Source: Micavibrio sp. (GTDB lineage Bacteria; Pseudomonadota; Alphaproteobacteria; Micavibrionales; Micavibrionaceae). From it: a stretch of 56,420 nt of DNA. Made by a program: the position numbers and the translations under genes. The stretch covers positions 1 through 56,420 of the forward strand of contig PANS01000027.1 in NCBI GenBank assembly GCA_002708415.1. The letters run 5' to 3'. Below are positions 56,156 through 56,420 of this stretch, one piece after another; the stretch's first letter is position 1, and each line of letters starts with the position of its first letter. Below the pieces are notes generated by a model. The model was given only the letters and a program-made list of their open reading frames with translations, was not told where the DNA came from and did no database searches.

Positions 56156-56420
56156 TGGATATCCTCCTTGAAAAAGAAATGCTCGCTGCAATTGGCATTC
56201 TATTTATGCTAACGAGTTACGGTATCTATATTCACTCAATTTTTAAAGGACAAACGCGCCCCCATCCTTTTTCGTGGTTCATTTGGGGTCTGCTCACCAC
56301 TATTGGTTTTTTTGCTCAAATCTCTGATGGTGCTGGAATAGGATCAATTATTACTTTAGCCTCTGCTTTTATTTCTTTTTTTATCGCAGGTATTGGGTAT
56401 ATCAAACGCAAAAATATTAC
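56152..56420 (+). CDS. Hypothetical polytopic membrane protein (3' end cut by window edge)
   Basis: The ATG overlaps the chvG stop as ATGA. The frame stays open for 89 codons to the window end. At least three hydrophobic segments are visible (LAAIGILFMLTSYGIYI, FSWFIWGLLTTIGFFA, IITLASAFISFFIAGIGY). Confidence 0.5.
   Translation, partial: MMDILLEKEMLAAIGILFMLTSYGIYIHSIFKGQTRPHPFSWFIWGLLTTIGFFAQISDGAGIGSIITLASAFISFFIAGIGYIKRKNI

Noticed and set aside
1-56420. Search by eye for tRNA, rRNA, CRISPR arrays, IS elements, integrases and phage genes
   Set aside because: No intergenic segment has tRNA-like GC-rich arms or a T-loop (GGTTCGAATCC-type). There are no spaced direct repeats, and no transposase- or integrase-like ORFs. 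A proper tRNAscan or Infernal run would be needed to exclude small RNAs.

Overview
This is a gene-dense, AT-rich (roughly 40% GC by eye) chromosomal segment with typical alphaproteobacterial core synteny: mlaCA-lptGF, pepA-holC, ftsK-lolA, recR, kdsD-lptCAB-rpoN-hpf-ptsN, aroA-cmk-rpsA-ihfB-lapA-pyrF-trpFBA-accD-folC and chvI-chvG. About 60 CDS are supported. I saw no rRNA, tRNA, CRISPR array, transposase or integrase. The non-core content is as follows. (1) At the left edge, two tandem paralogous large polytopic membrane proteins that I read as DotA/TraY-like type IVB secretion components; the first is cut by the window edge. (2) A seven-gene minus-strand block (17.1-24.6 kb) with a REC-degenerate-GGDEF regulator, an outer-membrane barrel, Wza, a Wzc/ExoP tyrosine autokinase, a small TPR-like protein and a polytopic membrane protein, but no glycosyltransferases. 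A perfect inverted pair of DnaA-box 9-mers precedes its export genes. (3) Several orphan hypothetical genes wedged antisense into conserved operons. (4) A ROSE-like RNA thermometer candidate in the ibpA leader. (5) Two sub-60-aa genes missing from the ORF track. (6) Three convergent gene pairs whose stop codons physically overlap. (7) An AccD with a lysine-rich histone-like tail. All family calls come from motif recognition in the translated ORFs; no database search was run.
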